From positions 2,100,001 to 2,132,000 of the forward strand of contig NZ_CP066019.1 in the NCBI RefSeq assembly GCF_016127575.1: a DNA stretch of 32,000 nucleotides, in the 5' to 3' direction. The position numbers and the translations under genes were made by a program. Below, piece by piece: positions 10,077-18,968 of the stretch. Origin of the DNA: Cupriavidus necator (GTDB lineage: Bacteria; Pseudomonadota; Gammaproteobacteria; Burkholderiales; Burkholderiaceae). Positions within the stretch are counted from its first letter, which is position 1. The number at the start of each line of letters is the position of its first letter. The notes below the pieces were generated by a model. It ran no database searches. It was given only the letters and a program-made list of their open reading frames with translations, and was not told where the DNA came from.

Positions 10077-11051
10077 ATGCAGATCCGTGCATTGCATCGC
10101 CGTCGCCTGGTGCTGGGCGGCGCCGCGGCCATGCTGCTGGCCGGCCGCACCGGCGCACAAGCGCGCAGCAACGGCCCGCTGGTGCTGGTCGTGCCGTTTG
10201 CGCCAGGCGGCGTGGTCGACAAGACCGCGCGCGCAGTCCATGTTGGCCTCGGACGCCGGCTCGGCCAGACCGTGGTGATCGAGAACCACGACGGCGCCGG
10301 CGGCACCATCGGCACGGGCATCGTGGCGCGCAGCAAGGCCAACGGCCACACCATCGGCCTGGTCTATGACTCGTATGCGACCGAGCCGCTGGCCTACCCG
10401 AACCTGCCTTACCGCGCCGGGCGTGATCTCACCGGCGTGTCGTATATGGTGCGCGCGCCAATGGCGCTGGTGGTGCCGGCCGCGTCGCCGTGGCGCACGC
10501 TGCAGGACTATGTGCGGGCGTGCCGACAATGGCGCGAGGTGTCTTATGCCTCCGTGGGTGTCGGCAGTTCCAACCACCTGACCGCCGAATGGTTCCACCA
10601 GGCCGCCGGCACCCATGGCCTGCACGTGCCGTTCCGCGGCGGCGCCCCGGCACTGAAAGACCTGCTGGGCGGCCATGTCGATTCGATGTTCGCCAGCCTG
10701 CCGCTGGTGCTGGCGCAACTGCAGGCCGGCAAGCTGCGGGCGCTCGCGGTCAGCTCTTCTGCGCGCAATCCGCATCTGCCGACGGTGCCCACGCTGGCCG
10801 ACACCTGGCCGGGCCTGGTCACCTATTCCTGGGTCGGCATGATCGCGCCGGCCGGCACGCCGGCCGCGCAGCTCGACCGCCTGGCCGCCGCAGTCAGCCA
10901 GACGCTGCGCGAAGCGGCCGTCACGCAGTACCTGTACGACAATGGCTTTGAAGTCGTGGCCAGCGGACGCGAGGCGATGAATGCACTGGTCGCTTCCGAA
11001 GCGGCGCGCTGGGCGGAACTGGCGCGGCAACGCACGCTGGCGCTGAGCTAG
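10077..11051 (+). CDS. Bug-family (TctC-like) tripartite tricarboxylate transporter substrate-binding protein (324 aa)
   Basis: Arg-rich signal peptide, then VVPFAPGGVVDKTAR...VIENHDGAGGTIG, typical of Bug/TctC receptors. No tctA or tctB adjacent. Confidence 0.9.
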   Translation: MQIRALHRRRLVLGGAAAMLLAGRTGAQARSNGPLVLVVPFAPGGVVDKTARAVHVGLGRRLGQTVVIENHDGAGGTIGTGIVARSKANGHTIGLVYDSYATEPLAYPNLPYRAGRDLTGVSYMVRAPMALVVPAASPWRTLQDYVRACRQWREVSYASVGVGSSNHLTAEWFHQAAGTHGLHVPFRGGAPALKDLLGGHVDSMFASLPLVLAQLQAGKLRALAVSSSARNPHLPTVPTLADTWPGLVTYSWVGMIAPAGTPAAQLDRLAAAVSQTLREAAVTQYLYDNGFEVVASGREAMNALVASEAARWAELARQRTLALS

Positions 11052-11059
11052 CGCGATGC

Positions 11060-11347
11060 CTAGTGCGCCTGCGGCTCGTCCCGTGCAGCTTCCGCAGCCG
11101 GGCGTGCCGCCGTCGGCGCCGACGGTGCGCCGGTGATCTTCGGCACGCACTCGCCACGGAACCAGGCCACCGTGACCGCCTCGCCCGCCAGCAGGCGCTT
11201 GACGGGCGGCACCACTTGCTCGCCGATCAGCATGCCCAGCAAGCCGATCAGCGCCACCACCGGCGGCGCCGGCGAGCGCACCTGCAGCAGTGCATAGATG
11301 ATGCCGACCAGGATGCCGGCGGCCAGTGATACCAGATAGAGCTTCAT
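11060..11347 (-). CDS. XapX-domain (DUF1427) small membrane protein (95 aa)
   Basis: MKLYLVSLAAGILVGIIYALLQVRSPAPPVVALIGLLGMLIGEQ gives two TM helices matching the XapX domain pattern. It lies 39 bp downstream of the aldehyde dehydrogenase. Confidence 0.8.
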   Translation of the reverse strand: MKLYLVSLAAGILVGIIYALLQVRSPAPPVVALIGLLGMLIGEQVVPPVKRLLAGEAVTVAWFRGECVPKITGAPSAPTAARPAAEAARDEPQAH

Positions 11348-11386
11348 TGCGTTCTCCCTGAAATGATTGGTGGTGCCGCGCGGGCT

Positions 11387-12847
11387 TCAGCGCGCAAAGT
11401 GCGGCGCAATGCCGGCATCCACGTTGATCCATACCGAGCGCGACTCGGTGTAGCCGTGCATCGCCTCGAACCCCATGTCGCGCCCGTAGCCGGATTCACC
11501 CACGCCGCCGAAGGGGCTGCCCGGATGGACGCGCTTGTAGCAGTTGACCCAGCACATGCCGCCGCGGATATCGCGCGCGAGGCGGTGCGCGCGGGCCAGG
11601 TCGCGCGTCCATAGCCCGTTGCCCAGCCCGTATTGCGTGGCGTTGGCGATGGCCAGCGCCTGCTCGTCGCTGGCAAAGCGCAGCACCGTGACGACCGGGC
11701 CGAAGACCTCCTCCTGGGCGATGCGGTCCTGCGGGCGCGCAGCGACCACAGTGGGCTCGACATAGAAGCCCTGGCGCAGGCCGGGGTCGGCAGGGGCCTT
11801 GCCTCCGGCCAGCACGGTGCCGCCCTGGGCCTGTGCCATCTCCACAGACTCCAGCACGCGGTCGCGGTGGGCGGCCGAGGTCAGCGGCCCCATCTCGGTG
11901 GCAGGGTCGGCCGGATCGCCCACGCGGATCGATTGCGCCAGCGCCACGAAGCGCTCGAGGAAGGCATCGGCGATGTCCTCATGCAGCAGCAGGCGCGAGC
12001 CGGCGATGCAGGCCTGGCCCTGGTTGTGGAAGCTGGCCCAGGCCGCGCCCGCCACGGCGGTATCCAGGTCGGCATCGGCAAAGACGATATTGGCGCCCTT
12101 GCCGCCCAACTCTAGCTGGATGCGCTTGAGGTTGCCGCGCGAGGCCTCGACGATGCGCCGGCCGGTGGCAGTGGACCCCGTGAAGGCGATCTTGTCCACG
12201 TCGGGATGATTGGCCAGCCGCTGCCCGGCCACGTTGCCGAAGCCGGGCACGACGTTGATCACGCCCGGCGGGAAACCGACGTCAGCCGCCAGCGCCGCCA
12301 CGCGCAGCGCGGACAGCGGCGTCAGCTCCGACGGCTTGAGCACCACCGTATTGCCCGCCGCCAGTGCCGGCCCCAGCTTCCAGCCGGTGAACATCAGCGG
12401 GAAGTTCCACGGCACGATCTGCCCCACCACGCCGACCGGGGTCCGTTGCACATAGTTGAGAAAACCGGGTTCGACCGGCACCACGGTGCCTTCGATCTTG
12501 TCGGCCATGCCCGCGAAGTAACGGAAGCACGCGGCGGTGCGCGGTACGTCGAGGCCGCGCGCATCGCGGATGGGGTGGCCGGTGTCGGCGCTTTCGAGTT
12601 CGGCCAGACCCGTGTCGGCCTCGATGGCGTCGGCCAGCCGTGCCAGCAGCCTGCCGCGTTCGCCGGCGGCGAGGCGCGACCATGCGGGAAAGGCGCGGCG
12701 TGCCGCGGCCACGGCGCGGTCGATATCGAGCTGCGCGCCCGCGGTCACGCGCGTGATCAGGCTGCCGTCGTGCGGATTGACGACGTCGAGGGTGTCCCCG
12801 TCAAGGGCGTCGACGAAGCGGCCGTCGATAAACAGCTGGTTGTGCAT
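11387..12847 (-). CDS. NAD(P)-dependent aldehyde dehydrogenase (486 aa)
   Basis: ALDH motifs VPWNFP, LELGGKG and catalytic-Cys context NQGQACIAGSR. Start set at MHNQLFIDG (ATG 12847). Confidence 0.92.
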   Translation of the reverse strand: MHNQLFIDGRFVDALDGDTLDVVNPHDGSLITRVTAGAQLDIDRAVAAARRAFPAWSRLAAGERGRLLARLADAIEADTGLAELESADTGHPIRDARGLDVPRTAACFRYFAGMADKIEGTVVPVEPGFLNYVQRTPVGVVGQIVPWNFPLMFTGWKLGPALAAGNTVVLKPSELTPLSALRVAALAADVGFPPGVINVVPGFGNVAGQRLANHPDVDKIAFTGSTATGRRIVEASRGNLKRIQLELGGKGANIVFADADLDTAVAGAAWASFHNQGQACIAGSRLLLHEDIADAFLERFVALAQSIRVGDPADPATEMGPLTSAAHRDRVLESVEMAQAQGGTVLAGGKAPADPGLRQGFYVEPTVVAARPQDRIAQEEVFGPVVTVLRFASDEQALAIANATQYGLGNGLWTRDLARAHRLARDIRGGMCWVNCYKRVHPGSPFGGVGESGYGRDMGFEAMHGYTESRSVWINVDAGIAPHFAR

Positions 12848-12938
12848 GGGGGGTCCTTGGGGATGAGGGACGCGTAGGTGGCAGGGTGGCGGCATTGCCT
12901 GAAGGGCGGTGTCGGTGCGCCACGCCTGCCCTCACCCC

Positions 12939-12968
12939 TGCCCCGCTCCCGCAAGCGGGAGAGGGGAG
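12939..12968. repeat. REP-like palindrome, copy 2 (degenerate, opposite orientation)
   Basis: TGCCCCGCTCCCGC-AA-GCGGGAGAGGGGAG. The left arm matches 11/14 of the consensus and the centre is AA instead of TT. It lies just past the 3' end of the MFS gene. Confidence 0.65.
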
Positions 12969-13008
12969 TTCCGCAGCGGCAGATCGGAAGGCCGTCGCTA
13001 TGGCTTGC

Positions 13009-14634
13009 TTATTCCAGAGGCCGCCCCGCTGCCAGCAGGTGCCGCACCCGCGGCGGCCCTTCGCCGGTGTGGAAGCGCGCGACCTCGCGCTGCAGGTCTG
13101 CGTCCGCGTGCGGCACGCGCTCGTGCTGGCGCAGGTGCTCGGCCCAGGATTCGACCAGGAACCACTCGGTGTAGGCCTCGGCATCGGCCGGGTCCTCCAT
13201 CACGCCCCAGTTGAACGCGCCGTCGCGCAGCCGTTCCTCGGACAGCTTGTGGATGGCTTGCAGGAAGCCTTGGCGGTCGGCCGCGCGCACGCGGTATTCG
13301 ATCAGGATCATCACCGGGCCGCGGTCGTGCGCCACCTCCTCGGCGGCTTCGGGCGCTGGCCAGTGCCGTGCCGGGCCCAGGTCTTCCTCGCCACGCGGCA
13401 GCTTGACGCGGTGCATGACGAAGGCGGCCACGCACAGCGCGGCCGCGGCGATCATCAGCGCCGCCGGAGTGCCCAGCCCCTGCGCGACAAAGCCCCACAC
13501 CAGGCTGCCCAGCGCCATGGCGCCGTTGAACACCATCTGGTAGACCGCCAGCGCGCGGCCGCGCACCCAGTTGGGCAGGATCGCCTGGGCCGTGCCGGCC
13601 AGCGTGGTCAGCGCCAGGATCCACGCGGCGCCAAGCAGCAGCAGCGCCAGCATGGCGGCCCATGCCGGCGGCGCCACCGACAGCACCGCCATCACCGCGG
13701 CGGTAGCCAGTGCCGCGGCCAGCATCAGCTGGTCCAGGTCCAGCCGTTTCTGCAGGCGCGGCATCACCAGCGCGCCCAGGATCGCACCCACGCCGACCGC
13801 GCCAAGCAGCATGCCGTACAGCGATGCGCCGCCGTGCAGCATCTGGCGCGCCACCAGCGGCAACAAGGCCCAGATGCTGCTGCCCAGCGCGAAGTAGCAG
13901 GCCGCGCGCAGCAGCACCACATGGAGCTTGCTGTGCGCCCTGGCAAAACGCACGCCGGCGCGGAAAGCACCGAAGAAATGCTCGCGCAGCGGGTCTTCGG
14001 CGCGTGCCGGGCGCTTCCACCACAGCAGCGCGGCAATCACGAACAGATAGCTGGCCACGTCCGCGCCATAGGTCGCCGCCGCGCCGAACGCGGCCAGCAA
14101 CAGGCCGCCCGCGGCCGGCCCGATGGCGCGCGCGATATTGACGCCCAGCGAGTTCAGCGCCACCGCCGGCTTCAGTTCACCGGCCGGCACCAGTTCCGGC
14201 ACGATCGACTGCCAGGTCGGCCCCATCATCGCGGTGCCGATGCCGCCCAGGAAAGCCAGGCCGATCAGCAGCTCGATGGTCAGCCCGTCCTGCCATGCCA
14301 GCAGCATCAGCGAACCGCTGACCATTGCCAGCCCCACCTGGATCACGATCAGGAAGCGGCGGCGGTCGAGGATGTCAGACAGCACGCCGGCGGGAATCGC
14401 CAGCAGGAACACCGGCAGCGTGCCGGCCGCCTGGATCATGGCGACCGCGGCGGGCGAGCCCGACAGGTCAGTCGCCAGCCAGGCGCTGGCCACATCGCGC
14501 ATGAAGCTGCCGATATTGCCCAGCACCGTCGCCGCCCACAGCACGGCGAAGGTGCCATGCGCCAGCGGCGCGAAGCTGCCGCCGGCCGGCGCGGCGGCAC
14601 CGGGGATCGGCGCGGGCTTGGCGGCCGGGCTCAT
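13009..14634 (-). CDS. MFS transporter (MFS_3 / EntS-like) with a C-terminal soluble extension of about 115 aa (541 aa)
   Basis: 12 predicted TM helices beginning FAVLWAATVLGNIGSFMRDVASAWL. The ATG at 14634 overlaps the DoxX stop (ATGA). The hydrophilic C-terminus begins VMILIEYRV.... Confidence 0.85.
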   Translation of the reverse strand: MSPAAKPAPIPGAAAPAGGSFAPLAHGTFAVLWAATVLGNIGSFMRDVASAWLATDLSGSPAAVAMIQAAGTLPVFLLAIPAGVLSDILDRRRFLIVIQVGLAMVSGSLMLLAWQDGLTIELLIGLAFLGGIGTAMMGPTWQSIVPELVPAGELKPAVALNSLGVNIARAIGPAAGGLLLAAFGAAATYGADVASYLFVIAALLWWKRPARAEDPLREHFFGAFRAGVRFARAHSKLHVVLLRAACYFALGSSIWALLPLVARQMLHGGASLYGMLLGAVGVGAILGALVMPRLQKRLDLDQLMLAAALATAAVMAVLSVAPPAWAAMLALLLLGAAWILALTTLAGTAQAILPNWVRGRALAVYQMVFNGAMALGSLVWGFVAQGLGTPAALMIAAAALCVAAFVMHRVKLPRGEEDLGPARHWPAPEAAEEVAHDRGPVMILIEYRVRAADRQGFLQAIHKLSEERLRDGAFNWGVMEDPADAEAYTEWFLVESWAEHLRQHERVPHADADLQREVARFHTGEGPPRVRHLLAAGRPLE

Positions 14635-15080
14635 GCCTGGCCCCTGCCCGCGCGGCGTTGCCGCAGGTCTTCCCAGGCGACCAGGCAAAGGCCGCCGGCC
14701 AGCGCGATATGCTCGAAGAAGGCGTTGGCCTGCCCGAAGCGTGCATCCGGCGGCGCCTGCCAGAAGCGGTTGGCGACAAAGGTTGCCAACAAGGTGAAGA
14801 CGGCCAGCGCCAGCGCGCCCAGCCACCGCAGCCGCCCGCTCAGCATCAGCGCGGCCGCGCCCAGTTCCAGCACGATCACGGCCGCTGCCAGCGGCGCGGC
14901 CGGCGCCAGGCCGAAGTGCTGCATCTCGGCGATGGCGGCACCGAAGTCAGCCGCCTTGACCAGTCCACCCTGCAGGTAGGGCGCGGACAGTGCCAGCAGC
15001 GCCAGCCAGCGCAGCCAGGCCGAGGGCGCGCCGGGCGTGGTCGCCGCGCGCGCCGTGGGGCGGATGGGATGGGCAGTCAT
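14631..15080 (-). CDS. DoxX-family membrane protein (149 aa)
   Basis: Four hydrophobic helices and a DoxX-like pattern (LLALSAPYLQGGLVKAADF...ATFVANRFW). AGGAGA RBS before the ATG at 15080. Confidence 0.8.
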   Translation of the reverse strand: MTAHPIRPTARAATTPGAPSAWLRWLALLALSAPYLQGGLVKAADFGAAIAEMQHFGLAPAAPLAAAVIVLELGAAALMLSGRLRWLGALALAVFTLLATFVANRFWQAPPDARFGQANAFFEHIALAGGLCLVAWEDLRQRRAGRGQA

Positions 15081-15114
15081 GGTCGGGTCTCCTGGTATCG
15101 GCAACGCAGCGGCA

Positions 15115-17055
15115 TCAGAACGCCCAGCATGAGCAACCCAGCGCGCCCCAGAACGTACTCTCGTCCGAGGTGGGCACGCCGGCCGTCCAGGCCCTGGCAT
15201 GCGCATGGCCGTGCACGCCGCATGAACTGGCACAGCCGCAGGCTGTGTTCAAGGCCAGCTTTTGGGCTTGCGGGCGCGGCTGGTAGCCGCCCGCGTGGCG
15301 CACCGGCGACCAGTCCGGCATGGCCGGCGGGATGGCGGGCGACAGCTTGCCGAAGTCGCCGTCGCCATAGACCACTTCGCCGCCGAGGATGGTCAGCACC
15401 GAGGTGATGTCCTGGATCTCGTCGCCCGGCACGCTGAAGTAATCCGCGGACAGCACCGCCAGGTCGGCCAGCTGGCCCGCCTTGATCTGGCCCTTCTTGC
15501 CGGTTTCGGACGAGAACCAGGTATTGGCCTCGGTCCACAGCCGCAGCGCGGTCTCGCGGTCGAGCAGGTTGGCCTGCGGGTACATCGACATGCCGCCCAC
15601 GGTCTTGCCGGTGGTCAGCCAGTACAGCGACACCCACGGGTTGTAAGAGGCCACGCGCGTGGCATCGGTGCCGGCGCCGACCTTGACGCCCTTCTCCAGC
15701 ATTTTCTTCACCGGCGGCGTCGCCTCGGCCGCGCGTGCGCCGTAGCGCTCGACAAAGTACTCGCCCTGGTAGGCCATCCGGTGTTGCACCGCGATGCCGC
15801 CGCCGAGTGCGGCGATGCGGTCGATATTGCGGTCGGAGATGGTCTCGGCGTGGTCGAAGAACCAGTTCAGGCCGTTGAACGGGACGTCCTTGGCCACCTT
15901 TTCATAGACATCGAGCGCACGGGAGATGGTCTGGTCGTAGGTGGCATGCAGCCTCCACGGCCAGCGCTTCTCCGCGAGCAGGCGGATCACCGGCTCCAGG
16001 TCGGCCTCCATCGACGGCGCCATCTCGGGGCGCTCGACGCGGAAGTCCTCGAAGTCGGCAGCGGTGTAGACCAGCATCTCGCCGGCGCCATTGTGGCGGT
16101 AGAGGTCGTCGCCCTGGCCAGGCTTCACCCTGGAGGCCCAGGTCTTGAAATCGCTGAGCTCTTCCTTGGGCTTCTGCGTGAACAGGTTGTAGGCCAGGCG
16201 CACCGTGAGCTGCCCGGCCTGGTGCAGTTCCTCGATGATGCTGTAGTCCTCCGGGTAGTTCTGGTAGCCACCGCCGGCGTCGATCACGCCGGTGACACCC
16301 AGCCGGTTGACCTCGCGCATGAAATGCCGCGTGGAGTTCTTCTGGTATTCAGGCGGCAGCTTCGGGCCCTTGGCCAGCGTGGCGTAGAGGATGGTGGCGT
16401 TGGGCCTGGCCAGCAGCAGGCCGGTGGGATTGCCGCGCGCATCCCGCGCGATCTCGCCGCCGGGCGGGTTCGGGGTGTCCTTGTTGTAGCCCACCGCGCG
16501 CAGCGCGGCGCCGTTCAGGATGGCGCGGTCGTACAGGTGCAGGATGAAGACCGGGGTGTCGGGCGCCACGGCATTCAGTTCCTCGATGGTGGGCAGCCGC
16601 TTCTCGGCGAACTGGTGCTCGGTGAAGCCGCCCACCACCCGCACCCATTGCGGCGCTGGCGTGCGCGCGACCTGTTCCTTCAGCATGCGCATGGCGTCGG
16701 CGAGCGAGCGCACGCCGTCCCAGCGCAGCTCCATGTTGTAGTTCAGGCCGCCGCGGATGATATGCATATGGCTGTCGATCAGCCCGGGAATGGCGCGCCG
16801 GCCATTCAGGTCGACCACCTTGGTCTGCGCGCCGGCCAGCTTCATGATGTCCTGGCGCGTGCCGACGGCGACGAAACGCCCGTCGCGGATCGCAACGGCG
16901 TCCGCCTGCGGCCTGGACTTGTCGAGCGTGGCGAACTTGCCGTTGACGAGAATGAGGCTGGGCTGGCTGCCAGGCGGCATGGCGAAGGTCTCCGAGAGCG
17001 GCGCCGCGCCGAGCGCGGCGGCCGAGGCGATAAATTGCCGGCGGGTGACTGACAT
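15115..17055 (-). CDS. Tat-exported metal-dependent amidohydrolase (Amidohydro_3 family, 646 aa) with a Cys/His-rich C-terminal tail
   Basis: Twin-arginine signal MSVTRRQFIASAAALGAAP. GLIDSHMHI metal-binding motif. Amidohydro_3-like length and layout. The tail reads CGCASSCGVHGHAHA...GCSCWAF. Confidence 0.88.
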   Translation of the reverse strand: MSVTRRQFIASAAALGAAPLSETFAMPPGSQPSLILVNGKFATLDKSRPQADAVAIRDGRFVAVGTRQDIMKLAGAQTKVVDLNGRRAIPGLIDSHMHIIRGGLNYNMELRWDGVRSLADAMRMLKEQVARTPAPQWVRVVGGFTEHQFAEKRLPTIEELNAVAPDTPVFILHLYDRAILNGAALRAVGYNKDTPNPPGGEIARDARGNPTGLLLARPNATILYATLAKGPKLPPEYQKNSTRHFMREVNRLGVTGVIDAGGGYQNYPEDYSIIEELHQAGQLTVRLAYNLFTQKPKEELSDFKTWASRVKPGQGDDLYRHNGAGEMLVYTAADFEDFRVERPEMAPSMEADLEPVIRLLAEKRWPWRLHATYDQTISRALDVYEKVAKDVPFNGLNWFFDHAETISDRNIDRIAALGGGIAVQHRMAYQGEYFVERYGARAAEATPPVKKMLEKGVKVGAGTDATRVASYNPWVSLYWLTTGKTVGGMSMYPQANLLDRETALRLWTEANTWFSSETGKKGQIKAGQLADLAVLSADYFSVPGDEIQDITSVLTILGGEVVYGDGDFGKLSPAIPPAMPDWSPVRHAGGYQPRPQAQKLALNTACGCASSCGVHGHAHARAWTAGVPTSDESTFWGALGCSCWAF

Positions 17056-17060
17056 CGGGC

Positions 17061-17882
17061 TCAGGCCTTCAGGAAGGCCAGCAGGTCGGCGTTGACCTGG
17101 TCGGCATTGACCACGCACATGCCGTGCGAAGCGCCCGGATACACCTTGAGGGTCGCGCCCTTGACCAGTTCCACCGACCGCTTCGCCGCAGCGTCGATAG
17201 GCACGATCTGGTCGTCATCGCCATGCAGGATCAGCGTGGGCACGTCGAACTTCTTCAGGTCCTCGGTGTAGTCCACTTCCGAGAATTCCCTGATGCAGGC
17301 GTACTGGCCCACGATGCCGCCGGCCATGCCCTGCGCCCAGAAGGCATCGATGGTGCCTTGCGAGACCTTGGCGCCGGGGCGGTTGAAGCCGAAGAACGGC
17401 GTCGCCAGGTCCTGGTAGAACTGCGAGCGGTTGTCGGCCACGCCCTTGCGGATGCCGTCGAACACATCGATCGGCAGCCCGCCGGGGTTGGCCGCGGTCT
17501 TGAGCATGATCGGCGGCACCGCGCCGATCAGCACCGCCTTGGCGACACGGCCGGTGCCATGGCGGCCGATGTAGTGCGCCACCTCGCCGCCACCGGTGGA
17601 ATGCCCCACCAGCGTGGCATCGCGCAGGTCCAGCGCGTCCAGCAGCGCGGCCAGGTCGTCGGCGTAGGTGTCCATGTCGTTGCCCTGCGCCGGCTGGTCC
17701 GATCGCCCGTGGCCGCGGCGGTCATGGGCGATCACCCGGAACCCCTGCTGCACCAGGAACAGCATCTGCGCGTCCCACGCATCGGCATTGAGGGGCCAGC
17801 CGTGGGAGAAGACCACGGGCTTGCCACTGCCCCAGTCCTTGTAGAAGATCTGCGTGCCGTCCTGCGTCGTAATGGTGGTCAT
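17061..17882 (-). CDS. alpha/beta hydrolase of the non-haem haloperoxidase / arylesterase (perhydrolase) type (273 aa)
   Basis: [31 protein letters not shown]...[13 protein letters not shown]...[11 protein letters not shown] (GxSxG nucleophile elbow). The stop is 5 nt before the amidohydrolase start. Confidence 0.9.
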   Translation of the reverse strand: MTTITTQDGTQIFYKDWGSGKPVVFSHGWPLNADAWDAQMLFLVQQGFRVIAHDRRGHGRSDQPAQGNDMDTYADDLAALLDALDLRDATLVGHSTGGGEVAHYIGRHGTGRVAKAVLIGAVPPIMLKTAANPGGLPIDVFDGIRKGVADNRSQFYQDLATPFFGFNRPGAKVSQGTIDAFWAQGMAGGIVGQYACIREFSEVDYTEDLKKFDVPTLILHGDDDQIVPIDAAAKRSVELVKGATLKVYPGASHGMCVVNADQVNADLLAFLKA

Positions 17883-17942
17883 GATGGGACTCCTGGATGC
17901 AATCAAGGGATCGGGTGAGCTTGCGGCTGGTTCAGTGCCGGC

Positions 17943-18629
17943 TCAGCGGGCAGGCACGGCGGCCAGTGCCTCATGCGGCGTGGCGGTGCGCTGCGCGGCC
18001 TTGTGGACCATGGTGTAGGCGTAGTCCACCCCCATACCGTAGGCGCCCGAGTGCTCCTTGACCAGTTTCATCACCGCGTCATACGTGTCGCGGTGGGCCC
18101 AGTCGCGCTGCCATTCCAGCAGCACCTGCTGCCACGTGACCGGCACCACGCCGGCCTGGACCATGCGCTGCATGGCGTAGTCGTGGGCTTCCTTCGAGGT
18201 GCCGCCGGAGGCATCGGCCACCATGTAGATCTCATAGTCGCCTTCGGCCATGGCGCAAAGGGCAAAGCTGTTGTTGCAGACCTCGGTCCACAGGCCGGAC
18301 ACCACCACCTTCTTGCGACCGTTGGCCTTGAGGGCGTCACGCACCTTCTGGTCGTCCCAGGAGTTCATCGAGGTGCGCTCCAGCAGCTTGTGGTCCGGGA
18401 ACACATCCAGCAGTTCCGGGTAGGTGAAGCCCGAGAACGACTCCGTTTCCACCGTGGTGATGGTGGTCGGGATATTGAAGATCTTCGCCGCCTTGGCCAG
18501 GCCAACGGTGTTGTTCTTCAGGGCCTGGCGGTCCATCGACTGCACCCCGAAGGCCATCTGCGGCTGGTGGTCGATAAAGATCAGCTGGCTGTTTTGCGGG
18601 GTCAGGACTTCGAGCTTGGGGTTCGTCAT
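17943..18629 (-). CDS. isochorismatase-family hydrolase, YcaC-like (228 aa)
   Basis: Isochorismatase-fold pattern IFIDHQ...KKVVVSGLWTEVC (catalytic Cys context). GGAGAT RBS before the ATG at 18629. Confidence 0.88.
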   Translation of the reverse strand: MTNPKLEVLTPQNSQLIFIDHQPQMAFGVQSMDRQALKNNTVGLAKAAKIFNIPTTITTVETESFSGFTYPELLDVFPDHKLLERTSMNSWDDQKVRDALKANGRKKVVVSGLWTEVCNNSFALCAMAEGDYEIYMVADASGGTSKEAHDYAMQRMVQAGVVPVTWQQVLLEWQRDWAHRDTYDAVMKLVKEHSGAYGMGVDYAYTMVHKAAQRTATPHEALAAVPAR

Positions 18630-18777
18630 GATGATCTCCGGTCAGGGGGCGCCTGGATAGGCTGTGAAGTTAGTTATTGCTACCGCTGTATTCGTTCACC
18701 AGTGGTGTTCGCCTGGGGTGTGTGCATAGTAGGCAAGGCGCCGTGCACTGACTACGTAGCAAAGTCCGAGGACAGTG

Positions 18778-18792
18778 TTCGCGATTTGCGAA
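18778..18792. promoter_or_regulatory. inverted repeat TTCGC-gattt-GCGAA upstream of the hydrolase cluster (candidate operator)
   Basis: Perfect 5-bp arms with a 5-bp spacer, about 150 bp upstream of the 18629 start, in a lower-GC spacer. No regulator gene is adjacent. Confidence 0.2.
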
Positions 18793-18904
18793 TAATCGGG
18801 AGATGCAGTCGGGCGGCGGGCCGTGGCGGGAAATGGCGAGCGTGAGGGCGCTGCCCAGCGCTGCGGGGTGGGTACTGCCAGAGGGGGACTCGGGGCGAGA
18901 TGCG

Positions 18905-18957
18905 CCAGGCGGGTACGTGCCTGCACCCGCCTGGCAACGGCCGGCATTGCGCCGGCC
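18905..18957 (-). terminator. two GC-rich hairpins downstream of gdhA (possible terminator, no clear U-tract)
   Basis: CCAGGCGGGT-10 nt-ACCCGCCTGG (18905-18934) and GGCCGGC-attgc-GCCGGCC (18939-18957), starting 12 nt past the gdhA stop. Confidence 0.3.
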
Positions 18958-18968
18958 GGAACTTCAGG

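Noticed and set aside
18700-18800. Possible tRNA or tRNA-like element in the gdhA/hydrolase spacer (GTTCGCGATTTGCGAA resembling a T-arm)
   Set aside because: There is no acceptor-stem pairing, no GTTCRANYC T-loop consensus and no D-arm or anticodon-arm geometry. It is better described as a simple dyad.
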